Source of the DNA: an uncultured Collinsella sp.
Lineage (GTDB): Bacteria > Actinomycetota > Coriobacteriia > Coriobacteriales > Coriobacteriaceae
Assembly: GCA_900542125.1 (NCBI GenBank)
Contig: UQMO01000001.1
Span: 4,876 to 68,875 of the forward strand
Direction: 5' to 3'
Length of the DNA stretch: 64,000 nucleotides
Positions 1 to 9,426 of this stretch are shown here, one piece after another. Numbering within the stretch: the first letter of the stretch is position 1; each line of letters begins with the position of its first letter. Both the position numbers and the translations under genes were made by a program. Below the pieces are notes generated by a model that saw only the letters and a list, made by a program, of their open reading frames with translations, ran no database searches and had not been told where the DNA came from.

Positions 1-506
1 AAGGCTGTGGGTGACGTTCGCGGCCCTTGTTGATGCTTTTGCACGACGATTGGGCTTTGGCGACGATCATATATGGCTGGTTTCTCGCCGCATGCTATCC
101 AGATGGGTCGAGCCATGAGGACTATCTACTTTTCGAAAGACTTTTGGCACCAAAATCTTATCCCGCGATGCTGAATACTCGCAAAAATGCACGCTCCGGA
201 GGGTACCACCCTGTTACGACTAGAAATCCATGCGCTATTTTATGCAATAAATTAACGCATTTATGCAAAATGGCTTACGTGCGTACGTCTCGGGCTAGAT
301 GTTTGCCTCGGCGCTGCGTAAATCATCCTGTCTATAGTGTCTTTGACAGGCGGCTGCGGTCCCGTTTGGGGTCGCGGCCGTTTTGTTGTGGGTCAAATAT
401 GAACGTTGTGTTAATGAGTCGGTGGACGGTGGTGTTTTTCGGTGAGCGGCGTATCCTTCCAACGGTTTATCTAGTGTGTCAGTTGAAAGGAAGAGGGCGC
501 TCGTCA

Positions 507-1784
507 TTGTTTGAATGTGAACTGCCGTTTGACCACAAGACGTTGCATCTGGAGCTCGAGGATAAGAACTTCGCGGGTGTGATGGAAGGTCATCAAAACG
601 AGTTTAAGACCACGAAATCGCAGGAAGAGCTGGTAGAGGAGTCGCTTGCCAACCCTTATGGCTCGCCTTCACTCGAGGAGCTTTGTGCTGGCAAGAAGGA
701 TATTGTCATCATTAGCTCCGATCATACGCGCCCCGTTCCCTCGCGTGTGACGATGCCTATTCTGCTGCATCACATCCATTCCGCTGCGCCCGAGGCGCGC
801 GTTCGCATTCTGATTGCTACGGGTATGCATCGTCCGTCGACGCATGAGGAGCTCGTCAACAAGTACGGCGAGGAGATCGTTGCCAACGAGGAAATCGTTA
901 TGCACGTCGCGACTGACGACAGCATGATGAAGAAGATCGGCACTCTGCCTTCCGGTGGCGAGTGCATCATCAACAAGATTGCTGCCGATTGCGATCTGCT
1001 GCTTGCCGAGGGCTTTATTGAGCCGCACTTCTTTGCCGGTTTCTCTGGTAGCCGCAAGTCCGTCCTGCCTGGCATCGCCAGCTACAAGACCATCATGTAC
1101 AACCACAACGGTCAGTTTGTGAATGATTCCCATTCGCGTGCTGGCAACCTGTGCCACAACCACGTGAGCGAGGACATGTTTGCCGCCGCCGAGATGGCTC
1201 ACCTTGCCTTTGTGCTCAACGTGGTGCTCAACGGCAAGCACGAGGTCATCGGCTCCTTTGCCGGCGATATCCACAAGGCGCACGAGGCTGGCTGCGAGTT
1301 TGTGAAGAGCCTTGCCGGCGTTGAGCCCGTTGAGTGCGAGATTGCCATCACCACCAACGGCGGCTACCCGCTCGACCAGAACATCTACCAGGCTGTGAAG
1401 GGCATGTGCTCTGCCGAGGCTACGCTTCCCGAGGGCGGTGTGATCATCGACGTCGCCGGCTGTGCTGACGGTCACGGTGGCGAGGGCTTCTATCACAACA
1501 TCGCCGACAATGATCCGGCAGAGTTTGAGCGCGCCTGCATCGACCGTCCTAAGGACGAGACCCTGCCCGACCAGTGGACGAGCCAGATCTTTGCCCGCAT
1601 CCTGGCGCATCACCCTGTGATCATGGTTACCGATCTGTGCGATCACCAGATGATCAAGGATATGCACATGACGCCGGTCAACACCCTCGAGGAGGCGCTC
1701 AAGCTCGCCTTTGAGATGAAGGGTGCCGATGCCAAGGTGGCCGTCATTCCCGATGGCCTGGGCGTTGTCGTCGCGCAGCACTAG
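507..1784 (+). CDS. larA: Nickel-dependent lactate racemase LarA
   Basis: SDHTRPVPS, ATGMHR, EPHFFAGFSG, GGYPLDQNIYQAVKG and DQW motifs. Start placed at TTG 507 after a purine-rich RBS (GAAAGGAAGAGG); the upstream extension in the ORF track looks non-coding. Confidence 0.9.
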   Translation: MFECELPFDHKTLHLELEDKNFAGVMEGHQNEFKTTKSQEELVEESLANPYGSPSLEELCAGKKDIVIISSDHTRPVPSRVTMPILLHHIHSAAPEARVRILIATGMHRPSTHEELVNKYGEEIVANEEIVMHVATDDSMMKKIGTLPSGGECIINKIAADCDLLLAEGFIEPHFFAGFSGSRKSVLPGIASYKTIMYNHNGQFVNDSHSRAGNLCHNHVSEDMFAAAEMAHLAFVLNVVLNGKHEVIGSFAGDIHKAHEAGCEFVKSLAGVEPVECEIAITTNGGYPLDQNIYQAVKGMCSAEATLPEGGVIIDVAGCADGHGGEGFYHNIADNDPAEFERACIDRPKDETLPDQWTSQIFARILAHHPVIMVTDLCDHQMIKDMHMTPVNTLEEALKLAFEMKGADAKVAVIPDGLGVVVAQH

Positions 1785-1833
1785 TGCGCGGCCTAAACGA
1801 ATCGTTTATAACCGACAAGAAAGATAAGGTTTT

Positions 1834-2565
1834 ATGCTTACCAAACTCCTCTGCGAATTCGGCGCAACGGCCCTCATGATCATTTTTGGCGTGGGCGTGC
1901 ACTGCGATACCGTGCTTAAGGGCACCAAGTATCAGGGCTCCGGCCACATGTTTGCCATCACCACCTGGTCTTTTGGCATCTCGGTCTGCCTGTTTGTCTT
2001 TGGCGGCGCCGTGTGCATGAACCCCGCCATGGTGCTTGCCCAGTGCATCGTAGGCCTGGTGCCGTGGAGTAGCTGCATCCCCTTCATGATTGCCGATATG
2101 CTCGGCGGCTTTGTGGGCGCCGTAATCGCTTGGCTTATGTATGCCGATGAGTTCAAGGCTTCCGAGGGCGTCGTCGACCCTATTGCCCAGCGCAACATCT
2201 TCTCGACCAACCCTACTACCGAGGGCACGAACTATGCTCGCAACTTCTTCTGCGAGGCCATCTGCACCTTCGTGTTCATCAGCGCCATCCTTGCTGCCGC
2301 TAGCCGCGCTGGCGAGAACGTTCTGATGCTCGCCATCTGCGTCGGTCTGATTGTTTGGGCCGTTGGCATGGGCATGGGCGGCATCACCGGCTTCGCCATG
2401 AACCAGGCTCGTGACCTTGGTCCTCGCATGGCCTATCAGGTGCTGCCGATCAAGAACAAGGCTGACAACAACTGGAAGTACGGCCTGCTTGTTCCTGGCA
2501 TCGCACCGTTTATCGGTGCCGCTTTGGCCGCGCTGTTTGTGCACGGTTTCTTGGGTATGTTCTAG
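1834..2565 (+). CDS. larD: MIP/aquaglyceroporin channel, probable lactic acid channel LarD
   Basis: Multiple hydrophobic segments, NPA and NQARDLGPR MIP signatures, directly downstream of larA. Confidence 0.8.
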   Translation: MLTKLLCEFGATALMIIFGVGVHCDTVLKGTKYQGSGHMFAITTWSFGISVCLFVFGGAVCMNPAMVLAQCIVGLVPWSSCIPFMIADMLGGFVGAVIAWLMYADEFKASEGVVDPIAQRNIFSTNPTTEGTNYARNFFCEAICTFVFISAILAAASRAGENVLMLAICVGLIVWAVGMGMGGITGFAMNQARDLGPRMAYQVLPIKNKADNNWKYGLLVPGIAPFIGAALAALFVHGFLGMF

Positions 2566-2586
2566 TCCAAGACTACATAGTGGTCC

Positions 2587-2711
2587 GCTGGCCGCATGGG
2601 GTAACTTCCCAGCGCGTCCTCGGACATGAAAGAACCCCCGCTGCACACTTCGTGCGGCGGGGGTTCTTTCGTCCTGCGGAATGCGCTGGGAAGTTACCCC
2701 ATGCGGCCAGC
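2587..2711. repeat. 125-bp imperfect palindrome between convergent lar operons
   Basis: GCTGGCCGCATGGGGTAACTTCCCAGCGC ... GCGCTGGGAAGTTACCCCATGCGGCCAGC, with inner stem AAAGAACCCCCGC / GCGGGGGTTCTTT. Confidence 0.85.
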
Positions 2712-2853
2712 TGCGGGGTCTTTGCTGCGCTCGTACAAGCAACCCAACATATATATCTGAATTTGAATTTGGATGGGAGGGGCTTGTTGCTGTTGAGGGG
2801 CGTTGAAATGAGGGCGATACTTTGGGAAGGGATGACGCCTTGGGAGGAGGCGT

Positions 2854-3393
2854 CTATCTGAAGAGAGGCTTTATGGCTGATAAGTAGTCTTTGGCTACGT
2901 CGGCCTTATCTGCTTGAAAGTTGTGCCAGGCCCACCATTGGACGGTGGCTACGAAGCTTGAGGCTATGTGGTGTTGTAAGAAGCTGCGGTCCATGGTGGC
3001 GGCGGGGCCGTTTGGGTCGGTAGGGACGGTTTCGGCTGCGCGCGACATGATGGTCTTGCGGAGGCAGTCGGCGAAGACGCGTGAGCCGGCGCCGGCTACG
3101 AGGGCTCGAACGCCCTGACGGCGTTCCCAGAGGTTGTTGAGGATATGCTCGACTTGCACGAGTGGGTCGTCGAGCGGCGTACCGTCATCGTCGAGGGCGT
3201 GGGTGCAGATATCGCTCACGAGCGCGGCGAGTAGGTCATCTTTGCTCTTAAAGAGGCCATAGAATGTCGCGCGGCCTACGTGAGCGCGCGCGATGATGTC
3301 TCCGACGGTGATCTTGCTGTAGTCTTCCTCGCGCAGGAGCTCAGAGAATGCCGCGACGATGGCGGCGCGGCTTTTTTCTTTGCGGGCATCCAT
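2854..3393 (-). CDS. TetR/AcrR family transcriptional regulator
   Basis: N-terminal HTH (ITVGDIIARAHVGRATFYGLFKSKDDLL); ATG 3393 lies 2 nt after the larC stop. Confidence 0.9.
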   Translation of the reverse strand: MDARKEKSRAAIVAAFSELLREEDYSKITVGDIIARAHVGRATFYGLFKSKDDLLAALVSDICTHALDDDGTPLDDPLVQVEHILNNLWERRQGVRALVAGAGSRVFADCLRKTIMSRAAETVPTDPNGPAATMDRSFLQHHIASSFVATVQWWAWHNFQADKADVAKDYLSAIKPLFR

Positions 3394-3395
3394 GG

Positions 3396-4325
<930 letters not shown>

Positions 4326-4335
4326 GGAATGCTCC

Positions 4336-5118
4336 TTATCGGGCGCGGGATGTGCCGGCGCTCAGATGATTGATAAGACTTGCCTGGTAGGCGGCACCAA
4401 AGCCGTTGTCGATATTGACGACCGAAACGCCGCTGGCACAGGAGTTGAGCATGGCGAGCAGCGCGGCTACGCCGCCAAAGCTTGCGCCGTAGCCCACGCT
4501 GGTGGGAACGGCGATGACCGGACAGCTCACCAAGCCGCCGATAACGCTCGCCAACGCGCCCTCCATGCCGGCGACGGCAATGATCACCTGCGCCTGTGCA
4601 AGTTCCTCGGCATGCGCGAGCAGGCGGTGCAGGCCGGCGACGCCTACGTCGTAGAGGCGGTCGACCTCGTTGCCATAGAACTCGGCCGTCAACGCGGCTT
4701 CCTCGGCGACGGGCAGGTCGCTCGTGCCGGCGCAGGCGACGACGACGCGTCCGTTGCCGGTGGGGGAGGGCTTGCCGCCCACGAGGGCGAGCTGCGCGTC
4801 CGGGACATATCCCAGATCGATGCCGTTGCCGAGGAGCTCCGAGGTGCGGGCTGCCTTTTCGGCGTCCAGGCGCGTGACCAGGATGCGCCCCTGACCGGCA
4901 TCGCGCAGCGCTTCGATAATGGCGGCAATCTGCTCGGCGGTTTTACCGGCACCGTAGACAACCTCGCCGGCTCCCTGCCGCACCCCGCGCGAAAGATCGA
5001 GCTGTGCAAAGCCCAGGTCGGCGGTCGGCGCCGTCTGGATGCGCGTGAGGGCATCGGCCGGCGTAATGCTTCCGTCTGCCACGTCACTTAGCAATTGCTC
5101 AAGATCTCGTTTGTCCAT
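4336..5118 (-). CDS. larB: Nickel pincer cofactor biosynthesis protein LarB
   Basis: AGTSDLPVAEEA, DVGVAGLHRL, AGMEGAL, PTSVGYG and VVNIDNGFGA motifs. Confidence 0.92.
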   Translation of the reverse strand: MDKRDLEQLLSDVADGSITPADALTRIQTAPTADLGFAQLDLSRGVRQGAGEVVYGAGKTAEQIAAIIEALRDAGQGRILVTRLDAEKAARTSELLGNGIDLGYVPDAQLALVGGKPSPTGNGRVVVACAGTSDLPVAEEAALTAEFYGNEVDRLYDVGVAGLHRLLAHAEELAQAQVIIAVAGMEGALASVIGGLVSCPVIAVPTSVGYGASFGGVAALLAMLNSCASGVSVVNIDNGFGAAYQASLINHLSAGTSRAR

Positions 5119-5162
5119 ATAAGTTCCCTTCGACGCAGAAAAGTTTAGCACGCGAAGGGTTG

Positions 5163-5210
5163 TTTCCGAACATTAGAGCATAATTGTTCGGAAATCTGAC
5201 ATGTCAGATT
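5163..5210. promoter_or_regulatory. Candidate operator palindromes upstream of larB-larC-tetR
   Basis: TTTCCGAACA-N12-TGTTCGGAAA (5163-5194) overlapping a perfect 18-bp palindrome AATCTGACATGTCAGATT (5193-5210). Confidence 0.6.
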
Positions 5211-5234
5211 AGATGAAGTTGTGAGGCAAACTGA

Positions 5235-5870
5235 CTAGTCGCGCAGGATGATGTCCATGGCGAGCATCAGGTTGCGCTCGTCGATGGCAAACGGGGCGGC
5301 CTCGCGCGTCTTGGGCTTGGCGCAAAACGCGATGCCCGTGCCCGCGGCCTGAATCATGGGGATGTCGTTGGCGCCGTCGCCGATCGCGACGGTATGGGCC
5401 ATGTCGACACCGCACTCAACTGCCCAATCCAGCATCTGGATGAGTTTGGACTCCTTGGTCACAATGTCGGCCGCCAGCTTACCCGTGAGCTTGCCGTCCA
5501 CGACTTCCAGGCGGTTGGCCAGGCAAAAATCGATGCCCGCAGCGGCCACGATCTTATCGGCGACCTCGTGGAAGCCGCCGCTCACCACGCCGACCTTCCA
5601 GCCCTTGCTGTGTGCCGAGCGCACAAGCTCCAACGCGCCGGGGGTAAATGTCACACGCTCAAAGGTGCGCTCGAACACGCTCTCGTCCAAATCGGCAAGC
5701 AGCCCCACGCGCTCCTCGAGCGCTTGCTTAAAGTCCAGCTCGCCGCGCATAGCGCGTTCGGTGATCTGTGCCACCTGCTCGCCCACGCCGGCCTCCTCGC
5801 CCAACAGGTCGATGACCTCCTGGTTGATGAGCGTGGAGTCGATATCCATAACGATGAGGCGTGCAGTCAT
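5235..5870 (-). CDS. serB: Phosphoserine phosphatase SerB
   Basis: HAD motif DIDSTL, plus ITERAMRGELDF, VSGGF and GDGAND. Confidence 0.9.
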   Translation of the reverse strand: MTARLIVMDIDSTLINQEVIDLLGEEAGVGEQVAQITERAMRGELDFKQALEERVGLLADLDESVFERTFERVTFTPGALELVRSAHSKGWKVGVVSGGFHEVADKIVAAAGIDFCLANRLEVVDGKLTGKLAADIVTKESKLIQMLDWAVECGVDMAHTVAIGDGANDIPMIQAAGTGIAFCAKPKTREAAPFAIDERNLMLAMDIILRD

Positions 5871-6126
5871 GGCGGGCCTTTCCGAGTGCAGTTGTATTGG
5901 GGCACATTGTCGCACGTGGCGCGCGTCGGCAGACACTGCGACGCATCAATTGTTTCGTCTCCGTCAAGTCTTTGGGCAAGAGCTACTTTTCCGCGGCACA
6001 TCGACACGGGTGCGATAAGATAGAACGCCATGTCCGGCTGCGCGGTTTACGCAGGCTGGGCAAATCTGTACGACGCCGCCCGGAACGACACGGGGCGGCA
6101 CAGATCCATAAAGGAGGATCACTGGT

Positions 6127-7914
6127 ATGAGCCAGACCCGTCCCATTGACGAGCATTCCATGCACACCCGTACCTGCGGCGAGCTTCGCTTCGAGAACGT
6201 GGGCGAAGAGGTCACCCTCACCGGTTGGGTGAGCCGTCGCCGCGACCACGGCGGCCTTATCTTCTGCGACCTTCGCGACCGCGAGGGCATCACGCAGCTC
6301 ACTTTCGACCCCGAGCACTCCGACGGCGATGCCTTTAAGATCGCCGAGACCATGCGTCCCGAGTGGCCCATCAAGATCCACGGCGTCGTGCGCGCTCGTG
6401 GCGAGGAGACCACCAACACCAAGCTCGCGACCGGCGAGATCGAGGTCCTGACCGACCACGCCGAGGTGCTCAACACGTCCGTCACCCCGCCGTTCCAGAT
6501 CGAGGACGGCATCGAGACCAGCGAGGACACCCGCCTGCGCTATCGCTATCTGGACCTTCGCCGTCCCGAGATGATGGCCAACCTCAAGCTGCGCTCCGAC
6601 TTTACCTTTGCCATTCGCGAGGCGCTGCACAACCGTGAGTTCATGGAGGTCGAGACGCCCTCCCTGTTTAAGTCCACGCCCGAGGGCGCTCGTGACTTCA
6701 TCGTCCCCAGCCGTATCCAGCCGGGTAACTTCTACGCCCTGCCGCAGTCCCCGCAGCTCCTGAAGCAGCTGCTCATGGTCGGTGGCGTTGAGCGCTACTA
6801 CCAGGTTGCCAAGTGCTTCCGCGACGAGGACCTGCGTGCCGACCGTCAGCCCGAGTTCACCCAGGTCGATATCGAGATGTCCTTCGTGGACCAGAACGAT
6901 GTCATGAGCGCGCTCGAGGAGGTCCTGGCCGACGCCTTCGGCCGCATGGGCGTCGAGATGCCCACGCCGCTGCGTCGCATGGACTACTGGGAGGCCATGG
7001 ACACCTATGGCTCCGACAAGCCCGATACCCGCTATGGCATGCACCTGGTCGACCTGACCGACATTTTTGCCAACTCCAAGTTCAAGGTCTTTGCGACTGC
7101 CGCAAACGAGGAGGGCTCTGTCGTCAAGGCCATCAACGCCAAGGGTGCCGGTGCCTGGGCACGTGCCAAGATCGATAAGCTCGCCGGCGTGGCCTCCACG
7201 TTTGGCGCCAAGGGCCTGGCCTGGATCGCTTTCCGCGAGGACGGCTCTATCAACAGCCCCATCGTCAAGTTCTTCTCGGACGAGGAGATGGCGGCTCTGC
7301 GCGAGCGCATGGGCGTCGAGCCCGGCGACCTTGTGATGTTCGCCGCCGGCCCGCGCCTGCTCTCTGACGAGATCCTGGGTGGCATGCGTTCGCACATGGC
7401 CAACGCACTTGAGATCAAGCGCGAGGGTCACGACTTCCTGTGGGTCGTCAACTTCCCGCTGTTCCATTGGGACGAGGATCGCAAGGCCTATGCTGCCGAG
7501 CACCAGCCCTTTACCCTGCCGACCGAGACCGATATCGCCAAGATCGAGGCCGATCCCCTGGCAGCCGGTTCGTGCACCTACGACTTTGTCATGGACGGCT
7601 TTGAGGCCGGCGGTGGCGGTATGCGTATCCACAACGCCGAGATGCAGATGTCCATGCTCAAGCTCCTGGGCTTTACCGAGGAGCGTGCCGAGTCTCAGTT
7701 CGGCTTCCTCATGGAGGCCCTCAAGTTTGGTGCGCCCCCGATGGGCGGTTTCGCTCTGGGCCTGGACCGCGTGTGCATGCTGCTTACCGGTTCCGACTCC
7801 ATCCGCGACGTCATGGCGTTCCCCAAGACGGCTAGCGGCTCCGACCTCATGTCGGGCGCCCCGAGTGCCGTTTCCGGCGCCCAGCTCAAGGACGTCAGCC
7901 TGCGCCTGATGTAG
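6127..7914 (+). CDS. aspS: Aspartate-tRNA ligase (possibly non-discriminating)
   Basis: RTCGELR, RRDHGG, PEGARDF, LPQSPQ, FRDEDLRADRQPEF and GLDR motifs; RBS AAGGAGG. Confidence 0.97.
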   Translation: MSQTRPIDEHSMHTRTCGELRFENVGEEVTLTGWVSRRRDHGGLIFCDLRDREGITQLTFDPEHSDGDAFKIAETMRPEWPIKIHGVVRARGEETTNTKLATGEIEVLTDHAEVLNTSVTPPFQIEDGIETSEDTRLRYRYLDLRRPEMMANLKLRSDFTFAIREALHNREFMEVETPSLFKSTPEGARDFIVPSRIQPGNFYALPQSPQLLKQLLMVGGVERYYQVAKCFRDEDLRADRQPEFTQVDIEMSFVDQNDVMSALEEVLADAFGRMGVEMPTPLRRMDYWEAMDTYGSDKPDTRYGMHLVDLTDIFANSKFKVFATAANEEGSVVKAINAKGAGAWARAKIDKLAGVASTFGAKGLAWIAFREDGSINSPIVKFFSDEEMAALRERMGVEPGDLVMFAAGPRLLSDEILGGMRSHMANALEIKREGHDFLWVVNFPLFHWDEDRKAYAAEHQPFTLPTETDIAKIEADPLAAGSCTYDFVMDGFEAGGGGMRIHNAEMQMSMLKLLGFTEERAESQFGFLMEALKFGAPPMGGFALGLDRVCMLLTGSDSIRDVMAFPKTASGSDLMSGAPSAVSGAQLKDVSLRLM

Positions 7915-8001
7915 GCGAGCGGCTACATATTGCCCGTTGCGAGGGAAGGACACGTGCCTTCCCTCGTTTTTTGTGCGTGTGAGATGAGCTGTGGACCCTA
8001 T

Positions 8002-8218
8002 GGGCAAAAAATGCCAAATATGAGTACTGTTGCAAAAGAAGTGCCATATTTTCCGGTCTGTTTTGCGTGAAAAAGGGCTTAAATTCAATTTATATAACCC
8101 CCTAGAGACGTTAATCGAGGGCTTTTTATCCTCTGTAATCGCTTAAATCGGGCTATGGGGGTCTGATTTTGCTGCTACTAAATTGATGACAGTACTCATA
8201 TTCGCCACTTTTTGACCA
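8002..8218. repeat. Non-coding element bounded by ~29-bp imperfect inverted repeats
   Basis: Perfect core AATATGAGTACTGT (8017-8030) / ACAGTACTCATATT (8189-8202) around an AT-rich interior. Confidence 0.7.
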
Positions 8219-8317
8219 CGAGGTGTTCAGAGGGGCTCTCGACAAGCATCTAACGGTACAATAACTACCACGTGGCTGGGTTTTGCCGGCCGAATGTGCG
8301 ATGTCGTGGGAGGGGAC

Positions 8318-8566
8318 ATGGTCGAGTTTACAAAGACGATTAAAGATCCGTTGGGATTACATGCCCGCCCGGTTGCGCTGCTCTATGACATTATCGCCAA
8401 GCATCGCAGCGACGTGTCGGTCAGCATCGGCGATCGCCACACGGATGGCCGCGATGTCATGGGACTCATGGCCCTCTATGGTGAGTGCGGCGAGAGCGTC
8501 GTCTTCCGCGTTTCGGGCGTGGATGAGGCCTCCTGTGTCACATCGATCAGAAATCTCTCGCTCTAA
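8318..8566 (+). CDS. HPr family phosphocarrier protein
   Basis: GLHARP His motif, 82 aa, RBS GGAGGG. Confidence 0.85.
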   Translation: MVEFTKTIKDPLGLHARPVALLYDIIAKHRSDVSVSIGDRHTDGRDVMGLMALYGECGESVVFRVSGVDEASCVTSIRNLSL

Positions 8567-8619
8567 CCTCAACAATGTGGCAAAGGGGCAGTCCCCTCTG
8601 TTGCATCAATTGGTATGAC

Positions 8620-8659
8620 AAGGCGCCGCAAAGAGACAGTCTTTGCGGCGCCTTTGTTT
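8620..8659 (+). terminator. Intrinsic terminator
   Basis: AAGGCGCCGCAAAGA-GACAG-TCTTTGCGGCGCCTT followed by T-rich sequence. Confidence 0.75.
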
Positions 8660-8702
8660 CGTATAGGAAACTTTTTCGAAATCTGAATAGGGACCCTTTC
8701 CA

Positions 8703-8756
8703 AAAAGTTAACCACGTGCTAGTTTACTATAGCGAACATAGACGTGGTTAACTTTT
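8703..8756. promoter_or_regulatory. Paired candidate metal-repressor boxes upstream of feoA
   Basis: AAAAGTTAACCACGT ... ACGTGGTTAACTTTT perfect 15-bp inverted repeat; each half resembles AAGTTAR-N6-YTAACTT. Confidence 0.65.
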
Positions 8757-8798
8757 AACGCGTCGATGTTGAGGACGAACTGACGTTAGGAGCAACTC

Positions 8799-9041
8799 AT
8801 GTCTTGCGGACCGCAGATGCCGGCAATGCCGCTTTCGATGGTAAAAGCGGGCGAAACCGTGCGCGTGTCTCGTGTAAAGGGCAATGAGGATATGAAGCAC
8901 CACCTCAAGGACCTCGGCTTTGTCGAGGGCAACGAAATCCACGTGGTGAGCTCGAGTGGCGCCAATATCATCGTCACTGTGCTGGGCGCACGCTTTGGTA
9001 TCGATTCCAAGGTTGCCATGCACATCATGACCGTCGGTTAG
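8799..9041 (+). CDS. feoA: Ferrous iron transport protein A
   Basis: MPLSM...HLKDLGFVEG FeoA pattern; upstream of feoB. Confidence 0.88.
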   Translation: MSCGPQMPAMPLSMVKAGETVRVSRVKGNEDMKHHLKDLGFVEGNEIHVVSSSGANIIVTVLGARFGIDSKVAMHIMTVG

Positions 9042-9081
9042 TCGACGGTATTTCTGTACGCACTGAAAGGGGGACAAGTAA

Positions 9082-9303
9082 ATGAAGACGTTGGGTGACG
9101 TTAAGGTGGGCGAGAGCTCCACCATCGTCAAGCTTCACGGCGAGGGTGCGCTTCGCCGCCACCTTATGGACCTGGGGCTCATCAAGGGCACTTCGTTCAA
9201 GGTCGTGAAGGTTGCACCGCTCGGTGATCCGGTCGAGATCAACGTGCGCGGCTACGAGCTTTCCATCCGCAAGGAGGAGGCCGCCGTCGTCGAGGTCCAG
9301 TAA
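9082..9303 (+). CDS. feoA: Ferrous iron transport protein A (second copy)
   Basis: RRHLMDLGLIKG, APLGDP and RGYELSIRKEEA motifs. Confidence 0.92.
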   Translation: MKTLGDVKVGESSTIVKLHGEGALRRHLMDLGLIKGTSFKVVKVAPLGDPVEINVRGYELSIRKEEAAVVEVQ

Positions 9304-9331
9304 GGACTCGCGGCGCATATTTCTGCAGATA

Positions 9332-9351
9332 AAGTTAGGTATTTCTAACTT
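9332..9351. promoter_or_regulatory. Candidate DtxR/MntR-type box upstream of feoB
   Basis: Perfect dyad AAGTTAG-GTATTT-CTAACTT. Confidence 0.7.
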
Positions 9352-9426
9352 AATGCTGCAACTTTGAAGCACATTATCCAGTTTGCGCGGAGAAAGCAGC
9401 GCAAGCACACAAGGAAGAAGGATTGA

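Noticed and set aside
1..117. Possible start of a divergent gene at the window edge
   Set aside because: The short open frames on the minus strand show no recognisable product; insufficient sequence.
27..506. 160-aa N-terminal extension of LarA in the ORF track
   Set aside because: AT-richer promoter-like DNA with no family motifs; a good RBS precedes TTG 507.
5940..6126. T-box riboswitch before aspS
   Set aside because: No T-box consensus or terminator/antiterminator visible.
5983..8088. Long antisense ORFs (also 9496-11700, 23034-25157, 31219-33318, 43906-46152, 49385-51217)
   Set aside because: Shadow frames opposite well-supported genes, expected in high-GC DNA; no recognisable motifs.
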